Shown here in pieces: positions 1-9,765 of a stretch of 64,000 nt of DNA. The position numbers and the translations under genes are program-made. The notes under the pieces were generated by a model. That model worked only from the letters and a program-made list of their open reading frames with translations, searched no databases and was not told the origin of the DNA. How positions within the stretch are numbered: the first letter of the stretch is position 1; each line of letters begins with the position of its first letter. This DNA is from Gemmatimonas sp. (GTDB taxonomy: Bacteria; Gemmatimonadota; Gemmatimonadetes; Gemmatimonadales; Gemmatimonadaceae): positions 144,936 to 208,935 of the forward strand of contig JANNVQ010000030.1 in assembly GCA_031414535.1 (NCBI GenBank), read 5' to 3'.

Positions 1-7
1 GCTACGG

Positions 8-31
8 GCATCCGTCTTCCGTCATCCGTCC
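8..31. repeat. Right arm of a (GATGACG)n/(CCGTCAT)n heptamer palindromic repeat, cut by the window edge
   Basis: GCATCCGTCTTCCGTCATCCGTCC matches the arms of the elements at 34439-34492 and 49585-49637. Confidence 0.6.
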
Positions 32-33
32 TG

Positions 34-1344
34 TCACATCAACGGTGCCAGTTCCGTCTCCGTCAGCCTGTCCCTATACCGCATCAGCACCAGCAGGGAG
101 ACCGCTGCGACACCCAGTCCGGCCCAGGCGAGCGCCTCTGGTCCGAGACCAGTCCAGAGCAGGTACAGGCTGCCGAGGGCCAGGGTGAGCTGGCGAGCGG
201 TCTCGAGCGTGGCGGCCCACTTGGCGCTTTCGAATACGCCGCCGACGCCCGCCAGGGCCACGGCGATGAAGAAAGCGGCCGCGGCACTCTGCGCGAGCGG
301 GAGCGCATTGGCCTGCTGCAGGAGTACGAAGGCCGCCGCGAGCGCCATCACGAACTGCGCGAAGGCGTACCACGCCAGCGGAGCCGGAAGCGGCGGATCG
401 AATTTCTCGAAGGTCTCCGCGCTCACCTCGCGCGGACGTTCGACGTTCCCGAGCTCGGCGGGCCGCCAGCTCGGACGTCCAAACACGATGCGCAGCTTGT
501 CCGCCCAGCGTGAGGCCCGCCAGGCGTCGCGTGCGATTTGTACAAAGACGTGCACGTTGGCCCAGAGCGGATTCCAGCTTTGGAGCGGCTTGGTGATGCC
601 GTACACGGGCTCTTCTTCTTCCACCTGGAAGCTGCCGAACCAGCGGTCAAAGGTGATGAACACGCCGGCGTAGTTCTTGTCCTGGTACTTGGGATTCACG
701 CCGTGGTGCACGCGATGATGCGATGGCGTATTCAGGATGTACTCGCCCAGCGGCGAGAGGCGCGCGATGGCGCGGGTGTGAATCCAAAACTGATAAATGA
801 GGTTGATCGCGTTGCAGGCCACGAACATCCGCCACGGTACGCCGATGAAGGCGAGCGGCATGTAGAAGACCCAGCTCATCAGGCCGTGCAGGGCGCTCTG
901 CCTGAGCGCCACCGGCAGGTTGTACTCCTCGCTCGAATGGTGCACCACGTGGCCCGCCCAGAGGATGTTCACCTCGTGCGCGTAGCGATGGCTCCAGTAG
1001 TAGCAGAAGTCCACGAGCACGAACACCAGCGCCCAGCTGAGCAGCGCGGGCAGGTCCACACCGAAGTACGGGAAGATGTCGGCAGCAAACATCGGCGCGC
1101 GCTCGGGCCAGGACGGGAAGCCCGTCACGAACAGCTGTACCGACCAGTGCTCCGCCACCCAGATGAAGACTCCGATGGTGAGCAGCTTGGTGAAGATGCC
1201 GGAGAGCTGACTGAGGATTCCGCAGCTCAAATCACTCAGCGAGTCGTTCAAGCGCAACACGCGGCGCCCCGTCACGCGGCTCCAGAGGAGCTCCGCGCCA
1301 ATGAGGAGAAAAAACAGCGGAATGGAAGCCTGGATGATGCCCAT
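34..1344 (-). CDS. Sterol desaturase / fatty acid hydroxylase family membrane protein (alkylglycerol monooxygenase-like)
   Basis: His boxes HRYAH, HVVHHSS, HHRVHH; DKNYAG; many TM segments; start moved to MGIIQ. Confidence 0.85.
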   Translation of the reverse strand: MGIIQASIPLFFLLIGAELLWSRVTGRRVLRLNDSLSDLSCGILSQLSGIFTKLLTIGVFIWVAEHWSVQLFVTGFPSWPERAPMFAADIFPYFGVDLPALLSWALVFVLVDFCYYWSHRYAHEVNILWAGHVVHHSSEEYNLPVALRQSALHGLMSWVFYMPLAFIGVPWRMFVACNAINLIYQFWIHTRAIARLSPLGEYILNTPSHHRVHHGVNPKYQDKNYAGVFITFDRWFGSFQVEEEEPVYGITKPLQSWNPLWANVHVFVQIARDAWRASRWADKLRIVFGRPSWRPAELGNVERPREVSAETFEKFDPPLPAPLAWYAFAQFVMALAAAFVLLQQANALPLAQSAAAAFFIAVALAGVGGVFESAKWAATLETARQLTLALGSLYLLWTGLGPEALAWAGLGVAAVSLLVLMRYRDRLTETELAPLM

Positions 1345-1369
1345 TGCCCGAGAATAGTAGATTAGTCGC

Positions 1370-2176
1370 GTGCCCAATACCAATCAGACGTTTTCTCGCC
1401 CCCTCGCCTGCATCACCGGCGCCTCGGCCGGGCTCGGCAAGGTCTTCGCCAAACAATTGGCGGAGCGCGGCTTTGACCTCCTGCTCGTGGCCCGCGACGT
1501 AGACCGGCTGACTGCTCTCGCCGACGAGCTTTCACTGCAGCACGGCATCGCGGCCACGGCGCATCAGGCCGACCTCTCGCGCGACGAGCCGATGCGAGCG
1601 CTCGCCGAGAAGCTGGCCAAGGAAGAGCGCCTGATGGTGCTGGTGAACAACGCCGGCTTCGGGACCAAGGGAAAGCTCGCCACTCGCCCCGTGGGTGAGC
1701 AGGCGACGATGCTCGAGCTGCACGTGATGGCGCCGATGCTGCTCACGCGCGCGGTTGTACCAAAGATGATTGAGCGCCGCGAAGGCTTCGTGATCACCGT
1801 AGCCTCAGTCGCCAGCTTCACCGCCAGCATGGGCAACGTGAACTACTGCGCCACCAAGGCGTATCAGCGCGTTTTTATGGAAGGGCTCGCGATGGAACTC
1901 GCTGGCACCGGTGTGCGCGTGCAGGCGCTCTGCCCTGGATTCACGCACACCGAGTTCCACGATCGTATGCAGATTGATAAGTCCAAAGGCATTCCCGCGT
2001 GGGCCTGGCTCTCGGCGGACGAGGTCGTGCGCGACTCGCTCGAGAATGCGTTCGGGAATGGCCCGACGGTCGTGATTCCGAACTGGAAGTACAAGATGAT
2101 TGTGCTGATGCTGCGCTACATGCCGATGTGGCTGCGCGGGATGATGCAGGAGCGGTACGGGCGGGCGCGGGTCTAG
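1370..2176 (+). CDS. SDR family NAD(P)-dependent oxidoreductase
   Basis: TGASAGLG, NNAGFG, YCATK motifs. Confidence 0.93.
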   Translation: MPNTNQTFSRPLACITGASAGLGKVFAKQLAERGFDLLLVARDVDRLTALADELSLQHGIAATAHQADLSRDEPMRALAEKLAKEERLMVLVNNAGFGTKGKLATRPVGEQATMLELHVMAPMLLTRAVVPKMIERREGFVITVASVASFTASMGNVNYCATKAYQRVFMEGLAMELAGTGVRVQALCPGFTHTEFHDRMQIDKSKGIPAWAWLSADEVVRDSLENAFGNGPTVVIPNWKYKMIVLMLRYMPMWLRGMMQERYGRARV

Positions 2177-2182
2177 GATTAG

Positions 2183-3250
2183 CTACCAGCCACAGCGCGG
2201 TTCGCCTTCGCCCCATCCCCGCGGTGGCACGGCTCCGACGATCATTCCGCAGCTGTACCCGGACGACAGCATCCAGATGCTTCCGCTCCAAAACCGGTTG
2301 TTTGCCTGCTGGACGGCGAAGCGCGTGCCTTCTGGAAGACGTATTGTCAGCGAGTCAGTGCGCATTGTGTAGGTATTGTGCTGCGCGTAGAAGGCCTCTT
2401 GTGACATTACCGTTCCGCGGATCGCCGCGCGCAGTTGACTGCGCTGCCCAGAGTCCACTGGTGACACTGCCCGAGGGCTGGGGCGCGGGACCACACCATT
2501 GGGCCTGGAAAATCTAAAGATCGCAACTTGCTCGAAGTCATCGGCGTCGGTGCGTACGCCGACAACTCGATTCCCGACGAACTGCGTGGGCCGGAATCCG
2601 CCGGGCAGCGTCACCTGACCGACGGCCCGACTACCTGCATATGCAATCCAGCTTCGCATTTCTCGATCTCTGTGTACCCACAGGAGCGATGTCTCATCGA
2701 AGAACGCACGCCGCAACTCGGGTAATGAATCGACAAGGGCACGAAGCAGTGGCGGAGCCCAATTGGGCACAACGCCTTCACCCAGGACGAGTACGCCGGC
2801 GTGCGTCCACGCCGCGTCGCCTACGGTATCGCGCAGCACGGTCAGTTGATTGCTGCCGTGCCTGACCTCAGTCCAACGCGACTGCGATGGATCCCAGACA
2901 GCGACGGCGCTGTTCCCAAAACTTGACATCGAAATGCGGCCGTTGAACTCGCCCGGTCCGCGCCCGCGACGACCGAGCTTGGCGACACGTCTCCCTGTGG
3001 AATCGAAGAAGAGCACCGCGAACTCGCCGCCATCCGCGATGGCGAGGACGCCGTTCGGCATCAGCCGGGCGTCGGCGACGCTACCGATGAGCGAGGTGTC
3101 CACCTCAGCGTTGTCTCCAACAATCAGCACCGGACGCGCATCGAGCGGCCACACGGGTGGACGCTGGCGCTGGGCCGCAAGCGGACTGATGGTGATTGCC
3201 GAATACAGCACCAACAGCGCGGCTAGTGAACGCGAAGGGGGAAACCTCAT
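2183..3250 (-). CDS. Secreted protein: beta-propeller-like N-terminal region and pilin-head-like C-terminal domain
   Basis: Signal peptide; GRRGRGPGEF motif typical of 6-bladed propeller/NHL-like proteins; C-terminal Cys pair. Confidence 0.6.
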   Translation of the reverse strand: MRFPPSRSLAALLVLYSAITISPLAAQRQRPPVWPLDARPVLIVGDNAEVDTSLIGSVADARLMPNGVLAIADGGEFAVLFFDSTGRRVAKLGRRGRGPGEFNGRISMSSFGNSAVAVWDPSQSRWTEVRHGSNQLTVLRDTVGDAAWTHAGVLVLGEGVVPNWAPPLLRALVDSLPELRRAFFDETSLLWVHRDREMRSWIAYAGSRAVGQVTLPGGFRPTQFVGNRVVGVRTDADDFEQVAIFRFSRPNGVVPRPSPRAVSPVDSGQRSQLRAAIRGTVMSQEAFYAQHNTYTMRTDSLTIRLPEGTRFAVQQANNRFWSGSIWMLSSGYSCGMIVGAVPPRGWGEGEPRCGW

Positions 3251-3316
3251 CGACACCTCTAGTGTATTAGTGTATCCATACACTAGATGTTCCCTACACG
3301 ACGCGCAAGGGCTTGC

Positions 3317-4552
3317 TCAGCCCCCGAACGCGTTCATCCCCGTCACGGCCTGCCCAAGAATCAGCGAATGAATGTCGTGCGTGCCTTCATACGTGTACAC
3401 GCTCTCGAGATTCGCCATGTGCCGCATGCTCGCATACTCGGCGAGCACACCGTTGCCGCCGAGCAAGCGCCGCGCCTCGCGAGCGATCTCTGTGGCGATG
3501 TTGACGTTGTTCCGCTTGGCCAGTGACACCTGCTGGGGCGTGAACGTCCCCGCGTCCTTCATGCGGCCCAGGTGCAGCGAAACCAGCTGACCTTTAGTCA
3601 GTTCGGTGAGCATGTCGGCTAGGCGCACCTGCTGGATCTGGAAGCCACCAATCGGGCGGCCAAACATCACACGCTCCTTGGAGTAGCTCACCGCTTCCTC
3701 GAAGCAGGCCATCGCCGCGCCAAGCGCGCCCCAAGAAATGCCGTAGCGCGCCTGCGTGAGGCACATGAGCGGGCTCTTGAGGCCACCGCTCTTCGGCAGG
3801 ATGGCATCGGCCGCGAGATGCACACCATCAAACACGAGCTCAGCGGTATCCGACGCACGCAGCGAGAGCTTGCCTTTCACCTCCTTCGATGTGAATCCCT
3901 TGGCGTCCGTGGGGACGAGGAAGCCGCGAATCGAGTTGCCGGTTTCATCGTTGTCTTCGGTCTTGGCCCACACAACGCAGACGTGCGCCTGCTTGCCGTT
4001 GGTGATCCACATCTTGCCGCCGTTCAGAATCCAGCTGCCGTCTGCCTGCTTGCGAGCACGCGTGATCATGCCGGCGGGATTGCTGCCGTAATCGGGCTCA
4101 GTGAGACCGAAGCAGCCAATCTTCTCGCCCTTCGCCATCTGCGGCAGCCAGTACTTCTTCTGTTCCTCGGAGCCAAACGCGTAGATCGGATACATCACCA
4201 GCGCGCCCTGCACCGACGCAAACGAGCGAATGCCCGAATCGCCGCGCTCGAGCTCCTGCATGATGATGCCGTACATCACGTTGTTGAGGCCGGCGCAGCC
4301 GTACTCCTCAGGCAGGTTCGCGCCGAAGTAGCCGTTCTCGCCCATTTCGGCGATCAGCTCTTTGGGGAAGCGGCCGTCCACGTAGCACTGCCCGATAATC
4401 GGCAGGACTTTCTCGTCCACAAAGGCGCGCACGGAGTCGCGCACCGCGCGTTCTTCCTCTGTGAGGCCAGCGTCGATATTGAAAAGGTCGCCTTCGCGCG
4501 GCTTGAGTTGCGGCGAGGCGAGGTGGGTCTCGATTTCAGTCATGTGGGACAT
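3317..4552 (-). CDS. Acyl-CoA dehydrogenase (glutaryl-CoA dehydrogenase-like)
   Basis: CFGLTEPDYGS, KMWITNG, YTYEGTHDIH motifs. Confidence 0.92.
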   Translation of the reverse strand: MSHMTEIETHLASPQLKPREGDLFNIDAGLTEEERAVRDSVRAFVDEKVLPIIGQCYVDGRFPKELIAEMGENGYFGANLPEEYGCAGLNNVMYGIIMQELERGDSGIRSFASVQGALVMYPIYAFGSEEQKKYWLPQMAKGEKIGCFGLTEPDYGSNPAGMITRARKQADGSWILNGGKMWITNGKQAHVCVVWAKTEDNDETGNSIRGFLVPTDAKGFTSKEVKGKLSLRASDTAELVFDGVHLAADAILPKSGGLKSPLMCLTQARYGISWGALGAAMACFEEAVSYSKERVMFGRPIGGFQIQQVRLADMLTELTKGQLVSLHLGRMKDAGTFTPQQVSLAKRNNVNIATEIAREARRLLGGNGVLAEYASMRHMANLESVYTYEGTHDIHSLILGQAVTGMNAFGG

Positions 4553-4647
4553 CGCGGGGTCCGAAAAAGGGTCCCCAAAATCTAACGCTCTGACCCACAC
4601 TCCGGCGGGTGCCCCCGGACTCTGTCCGGGGGTATGTTCCGATGTAG

Positions 4648-6390
4648 ATGCCACACAGCGTCCCACTGATCGCCACGATCGCCGGCGCTTTCGGCCTCGC
4701 CCTCTTGCTCGGCTTCATTGCCGTACGCCTCAAGATGCCGGCGCTGGTCGGATATCTCGTGGCGGGCGTCATCGTGGGACCGTTCTCTCCGGGCTTCACC
4801 GCCGACTTAGGCCTGACGCAGCAGCTCGCCGAAGTCGGCGTCATTCTGTTGCTCTTCGGCGTCGGACTGCACCTCTCGCTTGACGACTTGCTCAGCGTCC
4901 GCGCCATTGCCGTCACTGGCGCGGTCGTGCGCATCCTCATCGGCACGACCGTATCCGTGGCACTGGCGCTGTGGTGGGAATGGGACCTTGGGGCCGGCAT
5001 CATCTTCGGGCTTTCGCTGTCCGTGGCCAGCACGGTGGTGCTGCTGCGCGCCCTCGAAGCGGACGGTACGCTGCAGACGCTGACGGGCAAAATTGCGATT
5101 GGTTGGCTGGTGGTTGAGGACATCATCATCGTGCTGGCCCTCGTGCTCCTGCCACCGCTGGCCCTCGTGCTGGGCGCTGGCGCGGCACCCGACACGCTGG
5201 CGAGCGGGCGGGGTCTGGGAGTGGAACTCAGCATCACGCTCGGGAAGCTTGCGCTCTTCGTGGCGTTGATGCTGGGCGTGGGACGTCGCGCCTTCCCCTG
5301 GCTCTTGATGCAAGTTGCGCGCACGGGTTCGCGCGAGCTCTTCACGCTTTGCGTGGTCGCTGCCGCCGTGGGCATCGCCTACGGCGCCGGAGTGCTCTTT
5401 GGCGTTTCGTTCGCACTCGGCGCGTTCTTCGCTGGACTCGTGTTGCAGTCGTCGGAGTTCAGCCAGCGCGCGGCCGACGAGTCGCTCCCGCTACGCGATG
5501 CGTTCTCGGTGCTGTTTTTTGTGTCAGTGGGCATGCTCTTTAACCCATCTATCCTGTGGAGAGAGCCGGCGCATGTGCTCGCGACGGTTGGCATCGTAGT
5601 GGTCGGCAAGAGCATCGTCACGATCGCCCTAGTGCTCGCGTTTCGGTATCCGCTCAATACGGCCGTCACGGTGGGCGCAGGACTGGCACAGATCGGCGAG
5701 TTCTCGTTCATCCTCGCGGGGATGGGCGTCTCACTTGGTCTCCTACCAGTCGAGGGCCGCGATCTCATCTTGGCAGCCTCGGTGATTTCTATCGCGATCA
5801 ATCCGTTGGTGTTCGGGCTGGTAGATCCCGTTCAGCAATGGATCCTCAAGCGCTCGCCCCAGGCGCGCTTCATGGAACGCAATCTGGACCGTTTGGCGGA
5901 ACTCCCGCGCTCCATCACGCCGGCACAGCTGACTGGCCACGTCCTGATTGTCGGCTACGGTCGCGTAGGACGGCGGATTGCCGACGTGGTACGCGGGCTC
6001 GGCATCGCCATCGTTGTTGCTGAACAGAACCGGGAGATCGTCGCGCGATTGCGCGCGGAGGGGATTCCCGCTGTGTCCGGTGATGGCTCCGAAGCGTCCG
6101 TGCTCATCCAAGGCCACGTGTCGCGCGCCCGGGCCCTTGTAATCGCCACGCCAGATGCAGCTGCGGCTCGCGCCATGTTGGAAATAGCGCGCCAGCTCAG
6201 GCCTGAGCTCCCCGTGATTATCCGGACGCACAATGATGATGAGACCTCGCTGCTCCGCGCCGCGGTAGGGCGTGGCAGCGTGGTGTTTGGCGAAGAAGAA
6301 CTCGCCACCGGTATGACGCGGGCGGTATTGGAGCAGTTGGGCGATTTAAACACCACGGCACCGACGCCGTCGTCTACACCGGCCGTTTAG
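4648..6390 (+). CDS. ybaL: CPA2 cation:proton antiporter with TrkA-N domain (YbaL/RosB-like)
   Basis: Many TM helices, SVASTVV, AQIGEFSF, C-terminal VGYGRVG. Confidence 0.88.
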   Translation: MPHSVPLIATIAGAFGLALLLGFIAVRLKMPALVGYLVAGVIVGPFSPGFTADLGLTQQLAEVGVILLLFGVGLHLSLDDLLSVRAIAVTGAVVRILIGTTVSVALALWWEWDLGAGIIFGLSLSVASTVVLLRALEADGTLQTLTGKIAIGWLVVEDIIIVLALVLLPPLALVLGAGAAPDTLASGRGLGVELSITLGKLALFVALMLGVGRRAFPWLLMQVARTGSRELFTLCVVAAAVGIAYGAGVLFGVSFALGAFFAGLVLQSSEFSQRAADESLPLRDAFSVLFFVSVGMLFNPSILWREPAHVLATVGIVVVGKSIVTIALVLAFRYPLNTAVTVGAGLAQIGEFSFILAGMGVSLGLLPVEGRDLILAASVISIAINPLVFGLVDPVQQWILKRSPQARFMERNLDRLAELPRSITPAQLTGHVLIVGYGRVGRRIADVVRGLGIAIVVAEQNREIVARLRAEGIPAVSGDGSEASVLIQGHVSRARALVIATPDAAAARAMLEIARQLRPELPVIIRTHNDDETSLLRAAVGRGSVVFGEEELATGMTRAVLEQLGDLNTTAPTPSSTPAV

Positions 6391-7168
6391 CTCTCGGTAG
6401 CGCACCCACCTCACGGCACTTCCGCCGGAAGTCGAGCCCGTGATCGATCGGCAGGCCGTTCTCGTGCTGCCACTGGTGTACCATCTCGTGTAGCAGCGTT
6501 TCGACGGCGCTGGCGAATCCGTCCCGGCGAATGTGCCGTGCACTGAGGGCAATCTCAGCACCACCGCCCTCGACGCCGGGTGCGTAATGCCCCAGCCGAC
6601 GCATCATCCGACGCGACACGCGAATCGCAATCTGTTGCAACTTTGCTTGAAAGCGCTCACCGTTCAACCGCGTGTGCCACTCCGCCAAGCGCTCGGCGAA
6701 GACTTCATCGTCGGGATGCGTGCGCTCAGGAGCACGAGGCGGTTTGGTGTGCTTGGGTAACTGATAGGCGAGGATGGCCTGACGCGCCGTCTGCCGCTCC
6801 CAAGGCTTCTTGGCCATCACGAAGCGCACAATCTGCGCGTGCATATCCACCGGCGCCGTGCAGAAGCCCTCGTGTAGCCGCAACTCGTAGCCCTTGAGCG
6901 ACACCACAACACTGCGATTGCGAGTCAGCACCAGCGAGCGCACGTGCTGCAGTCCCATGCCCTTCAAGGTGCCGAGGAGGAGGTCCGCCGCGCGTGCAGC
7001 ATCCTCCGCGTCTTCGGCATCCTGCTCGTCCTCGCCATCGCGGTCATCGTCCGCGACTTGGGGGGCGGAAACGGGCGCGGCAGCACCAAAGAACTCCGAC
7101 ACCGCAGTCGCCGCCGCATCAAAGAGCAGTCCGAGCTGTGACCCATCGTCACTCGCGCGACGCTTCAT
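6374..7168 (-). CDS. SprT-like zinc metalloprotease domain protein
   Basis: TLLHEMVH zincin motif followed by HGLDF. Confidence 0.75.
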   Translation of the reverse strand: MKRRASDDGSQLGLLFDAAATAVSEFFGAAAPVSAPQVADDDRDGEDEQDAEDAEDAARAADLLLGTLKGMGLQHVRSLVLTRNRSVVVSLKGYELRLHEGFCTAPVDMHAQIVRFVMAKKPWERQTARQAILAYQLPKHTKPPRAPERTHPDDEVFAERLAEWHTRLNGERFQAKLQQIAIRVSRRMMRRLGHYAPGVEGGGAEIALSARHIRRDGFASAVETLLHEMVHQWQHENGLPIDHGLDFRRKCREVGALPRAKRPV

Positions 7169-7983
7169 CGCGGGAACACGCGCGTGTTGCGCGGCGAGAA
7201 GTCCCGCTCCTCGGCGCTCCAAACGCAGGCGCGCACGCGGAACTCCTTGGGCTCGACCTCAATCTCCTGGAACGCCGCCGGCAGTCCGCCGCGCGTGCGC
7301 TCGCAGAAGCTGGTGCTGTGCGACACGACCATGCGTCGGCCCATCAGCTCAACCGGCTCAATGCGCGTCTGGTGATCGTGCCCGTTGAGCACGAGATCGG
7401 CGCCGGTCTCAAGCGCTTCACCGATGCCCGTGGCGCGATTCACCAAGCCCCAACGCCGCGAGAGATCACCGCGCAGCAGGTTGTGGTGGAACACCAACAC
7501 CTTCAAATGATCAGCTGGCGCTGCGGCAAAGATGGCCTTGGCCTTCTCCCATTGAGCCGGTCGAATGGCTCCCACCACAGAGAGGTCACGAGCCCGCGTT
7601 GTCAGCGTGTACGTGCGCACACCGTGGCTGGAATTGAGCCCCACGATGGTGACGCCCGGCAACTGCAGTGTGGGCTCAAGCTCGCTGTGTATCCACTTGC
7701 GGTACCCAGCGAGCAAGGACGATTCCACGCCAAGACCCATCGGCTTCCACCACCAAGCCACATCGTGATTGCCTGGCACGGTAAAGACCGGCACAAGCGC
7801 CCGCAACGCATCTAACCAGGCTTTGGCCGCACGGAACTGCTCACGAAAGTTTCGCTGCGTGAGATCGCCGGCCACCACCACGGCATCGTAGCGACCACTC
7901 GCCACGCGCCGCTCGACGGCATCGGTGTAGGCCGCCACGGCGTGACGGCCAAAGTGTACATCCGACACCTGAAGCAGACGCAC
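7165..7983 (-). CDS. Calcineurin-like metallophosphoesterase
   Basis: SDVHFG, GDLT, PGNHD, HH, GHDH motifs. Confidence 0.9.
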   Translation of the reverse strand: MRLLQVSDVHFGRHAVAAYTDAVERRVASGRYDAVVVAGDLTQRNFREQFRAAKAWLDALRALVPVFTVPGNHDVAWWWKPMGLGVESSLLAGYRKWIHSELEPTLQLPGVTIVGLNSSHGVRTYTLTTRARDLSVVGAIRPAQWEKAKAIFAAAPADHLKVLVFHHNLLRGDLSRRWGLVNRATGIGEALETGADLVLNGHDHQTRIEPVELMGRRMVVSHSTSFCERTRGGLPAAFQEIEVEPKEFRVRACVWSAEERDFSPRNTRVFPR

Positions 7984-7991
7984 GGAGCGAA

Positions 7992-9020
7992 TCAGCTCTT
8001 GGCGAGACGCGCGATCACCGCGTCGGTGTACTCGTCCGTGCTTGCCGTGCCACCCACGTCGCGCGTGACGGTTTTCTGTTCACGCAAAGTGGCCTCGATG
8101 GCCGCCCGAATGCGATTGGCGCGCTCACCCTGACCGACGTGATCGAGGAGCTGACAGGCCGCGAGCATCACGGCTGTGGGGTTCGCGATGCCTTGCCCCA
8201 CGATGTCGGGTGCCGTCCCGTGCACCGCTTCGAAGATGCCGCAGTCATATCCGATGTTGGCTCCCGGTGTCAGGCCGAGCCCGCCGACGAGGCCACTCGT
8301 GAGATCCGAGAGGATGTCACCGAAGAGATTTGTCGTCACAATCACATCGAAGCGCTCGGGACGCATCACGAGCTCCATCGCGCAGGCGTCCACGATCTTG
8401 TCCTCGCAGAGCACGCGACCCTCGTACTCCTTAGCCACCACGCGCCCCGTCTCGAGGAACAATCCCTGCGAGTACTTGAGGATGTTGGCCTTGTGCACGA
8501 TGGTCACCTTCTTGCGTCCGTGCTTGAGCGCGTACTCAAACGCATAGCGCACGATGCGCTCGGCCGCGTGCCGCGACACGATTGCCACCGACTGCGCCAC
8601 CGCGTGCGGATCGTCACCGACCTTCACGTAGTTCTCGATGCCGACGTAGAGGCCTTCGGTGTTCTCGCGCACGAGCACGAGGTCCACATTCTCAAACCGT
8701 CCGCCCGGAATCACGGTCTTGGCAGGACGGAGATTCGCGTAGAGATCGAACTCCTTGCGGAGCGCCACGTTGATGCTGCGAAACCCCTTGCCCACCGGCG
8801 TCTCGAGTGGACCCTTCAGCGCAAGTCTGGTGCGCTTAATGGATTCGATGGTCGCGTCGGGCATCGGATCGCCGTGGGCCTTCACCGCCGCCATGCCGGC
8901 AAGTTGACGATCCCACGTGATGTCAGCGCCCGCTGCCGCGAGCAAGCGTAGGGTCGCTTCGGTGATGGCGGGGCCGATGCCGTCGCCAGGAATCAGTGTG
9001 ACGTCGAGTGACTTTGTCAT
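7992..9020 (-). CDS. Isocitrate/isopropylmalate dehydrogenase family protein (NAD-IDH-like)
   Basis: PGDGIGP, RENTEGLY, HKANILK, NLFGDILSD, EAVHGTAPDI. Confidence 0.92.
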   Translation of the reverse strand: MTKSLDVTLIPGDGIGPAITEATLRLLAAAGADITWDRQLAGMAAVKAHGDPMPDATIESIKRTRLALKGPLETPVGKGFRSINVALRKEFDLYANLRPAKTVIPGGRFENVDLVLVRENTEGLYVGIENYVKVGDDPHAVAQSVAIVSRHAAERIVRYAFEYALKHGRKKVTIVHKANILKYSQGLFLETGRVVAKEYEGRVLCEDKIVDACAMELVMRPERFDVIVTTNLFGDILSDLTSGLVGGLGLTPGANIGYDCGIFEAVHGTAPDIVGQGIANPTAVMLAACQLLDHVGQGERANRIRAAIEATLREQKTVTRDVGGTASTDEYTDAVIARLAKS

Positions 9021-9035
9021 TTCTGTAAGAGAGCG

Positions 9036-9641
9036 TTACGGATCAACAACGAGATCGGCGATGCGCTTCGCCAGCGACTCTACCAGCGCAGTCGGCGAAT
9101 CCGCTTCCACCGCGAGGTCAGCGTACCAGACCACCACACGCTGACGCGTGTCTACAATCACCAGGCGGAGCGTGGCCACGCCGCCGTACCCACGCAACTC
9201 CACGGGAATCAGGGCGTAGCGCGTGTCTCCAAGCGCCGAAATCGCGCGCAGGTTGTCGCCGAGGAGAGGCGGCAGGGGCTCGCGTGCGACAGGCGGAACC
9301 GTGCGCCAACGCCCGGCACCAAGTGCCGTGGGGTCCGAGCGTAGCGTGGGATTTCGGCGCGCGCTGCGCACCACGTCGCCTGCGAAGGCCCAGCGGCTGC
9401 CCATTCCGCGCTCACGAAACTCACGAGCAATGGCGGAATCGAGGTCGGCGCGCAGCATCGCGCCGTCTGCGGCCACGCTCCATCCCGCGGAATCGGCTCG
9501 CCAAAACTGCACTGGCGTGACCGCCATGCGCTCCGCCGCAAACTGGGCCAGCGGACGCCCCGCTGGTGGCGACTCAGCAGCCGATTGAGCCCCGAGCCAG
9601 ACAGGGAGCAGCACCATAGCCAGCGCTCGGAGGGTTCGCAT
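9036..9641 (-). CDS. Hypothetical secreted protein
   Basis: Signal-peptide-like N-terminus; co-oriented 15 nt upstream of the dehydrogenase. Confidence 0.65.
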   Translation of the reverse strand: MRTLRALAMVLLPVWLGAQSAAESPPAGRPLAQFAAERMAVTPVQFWRADSAGWSVAADGAMLRADLDSAIAREFRERGMGSRWAFAGDVVRSARRNPTLRSDPTALGAGRWRTVPPVAREPLPPLLGDNLRAISALGDTRYALIPVELRGYGGVATLRLVIVDTRQRVVVWYADLAVEADSPTALVESLAKRIADLVVDP

Positions 9642-9765
9642 AGCGGAAATCTAACGGAGCGCCACCATCACTCCCACTGCCTCGCCCTTACGCCGGAGGG
9701 GGAAAATCCGGTAGGATTGGCAGACCTCACGACACGCTCGGGCCACCCCCCCCTTTCCACCCCCG

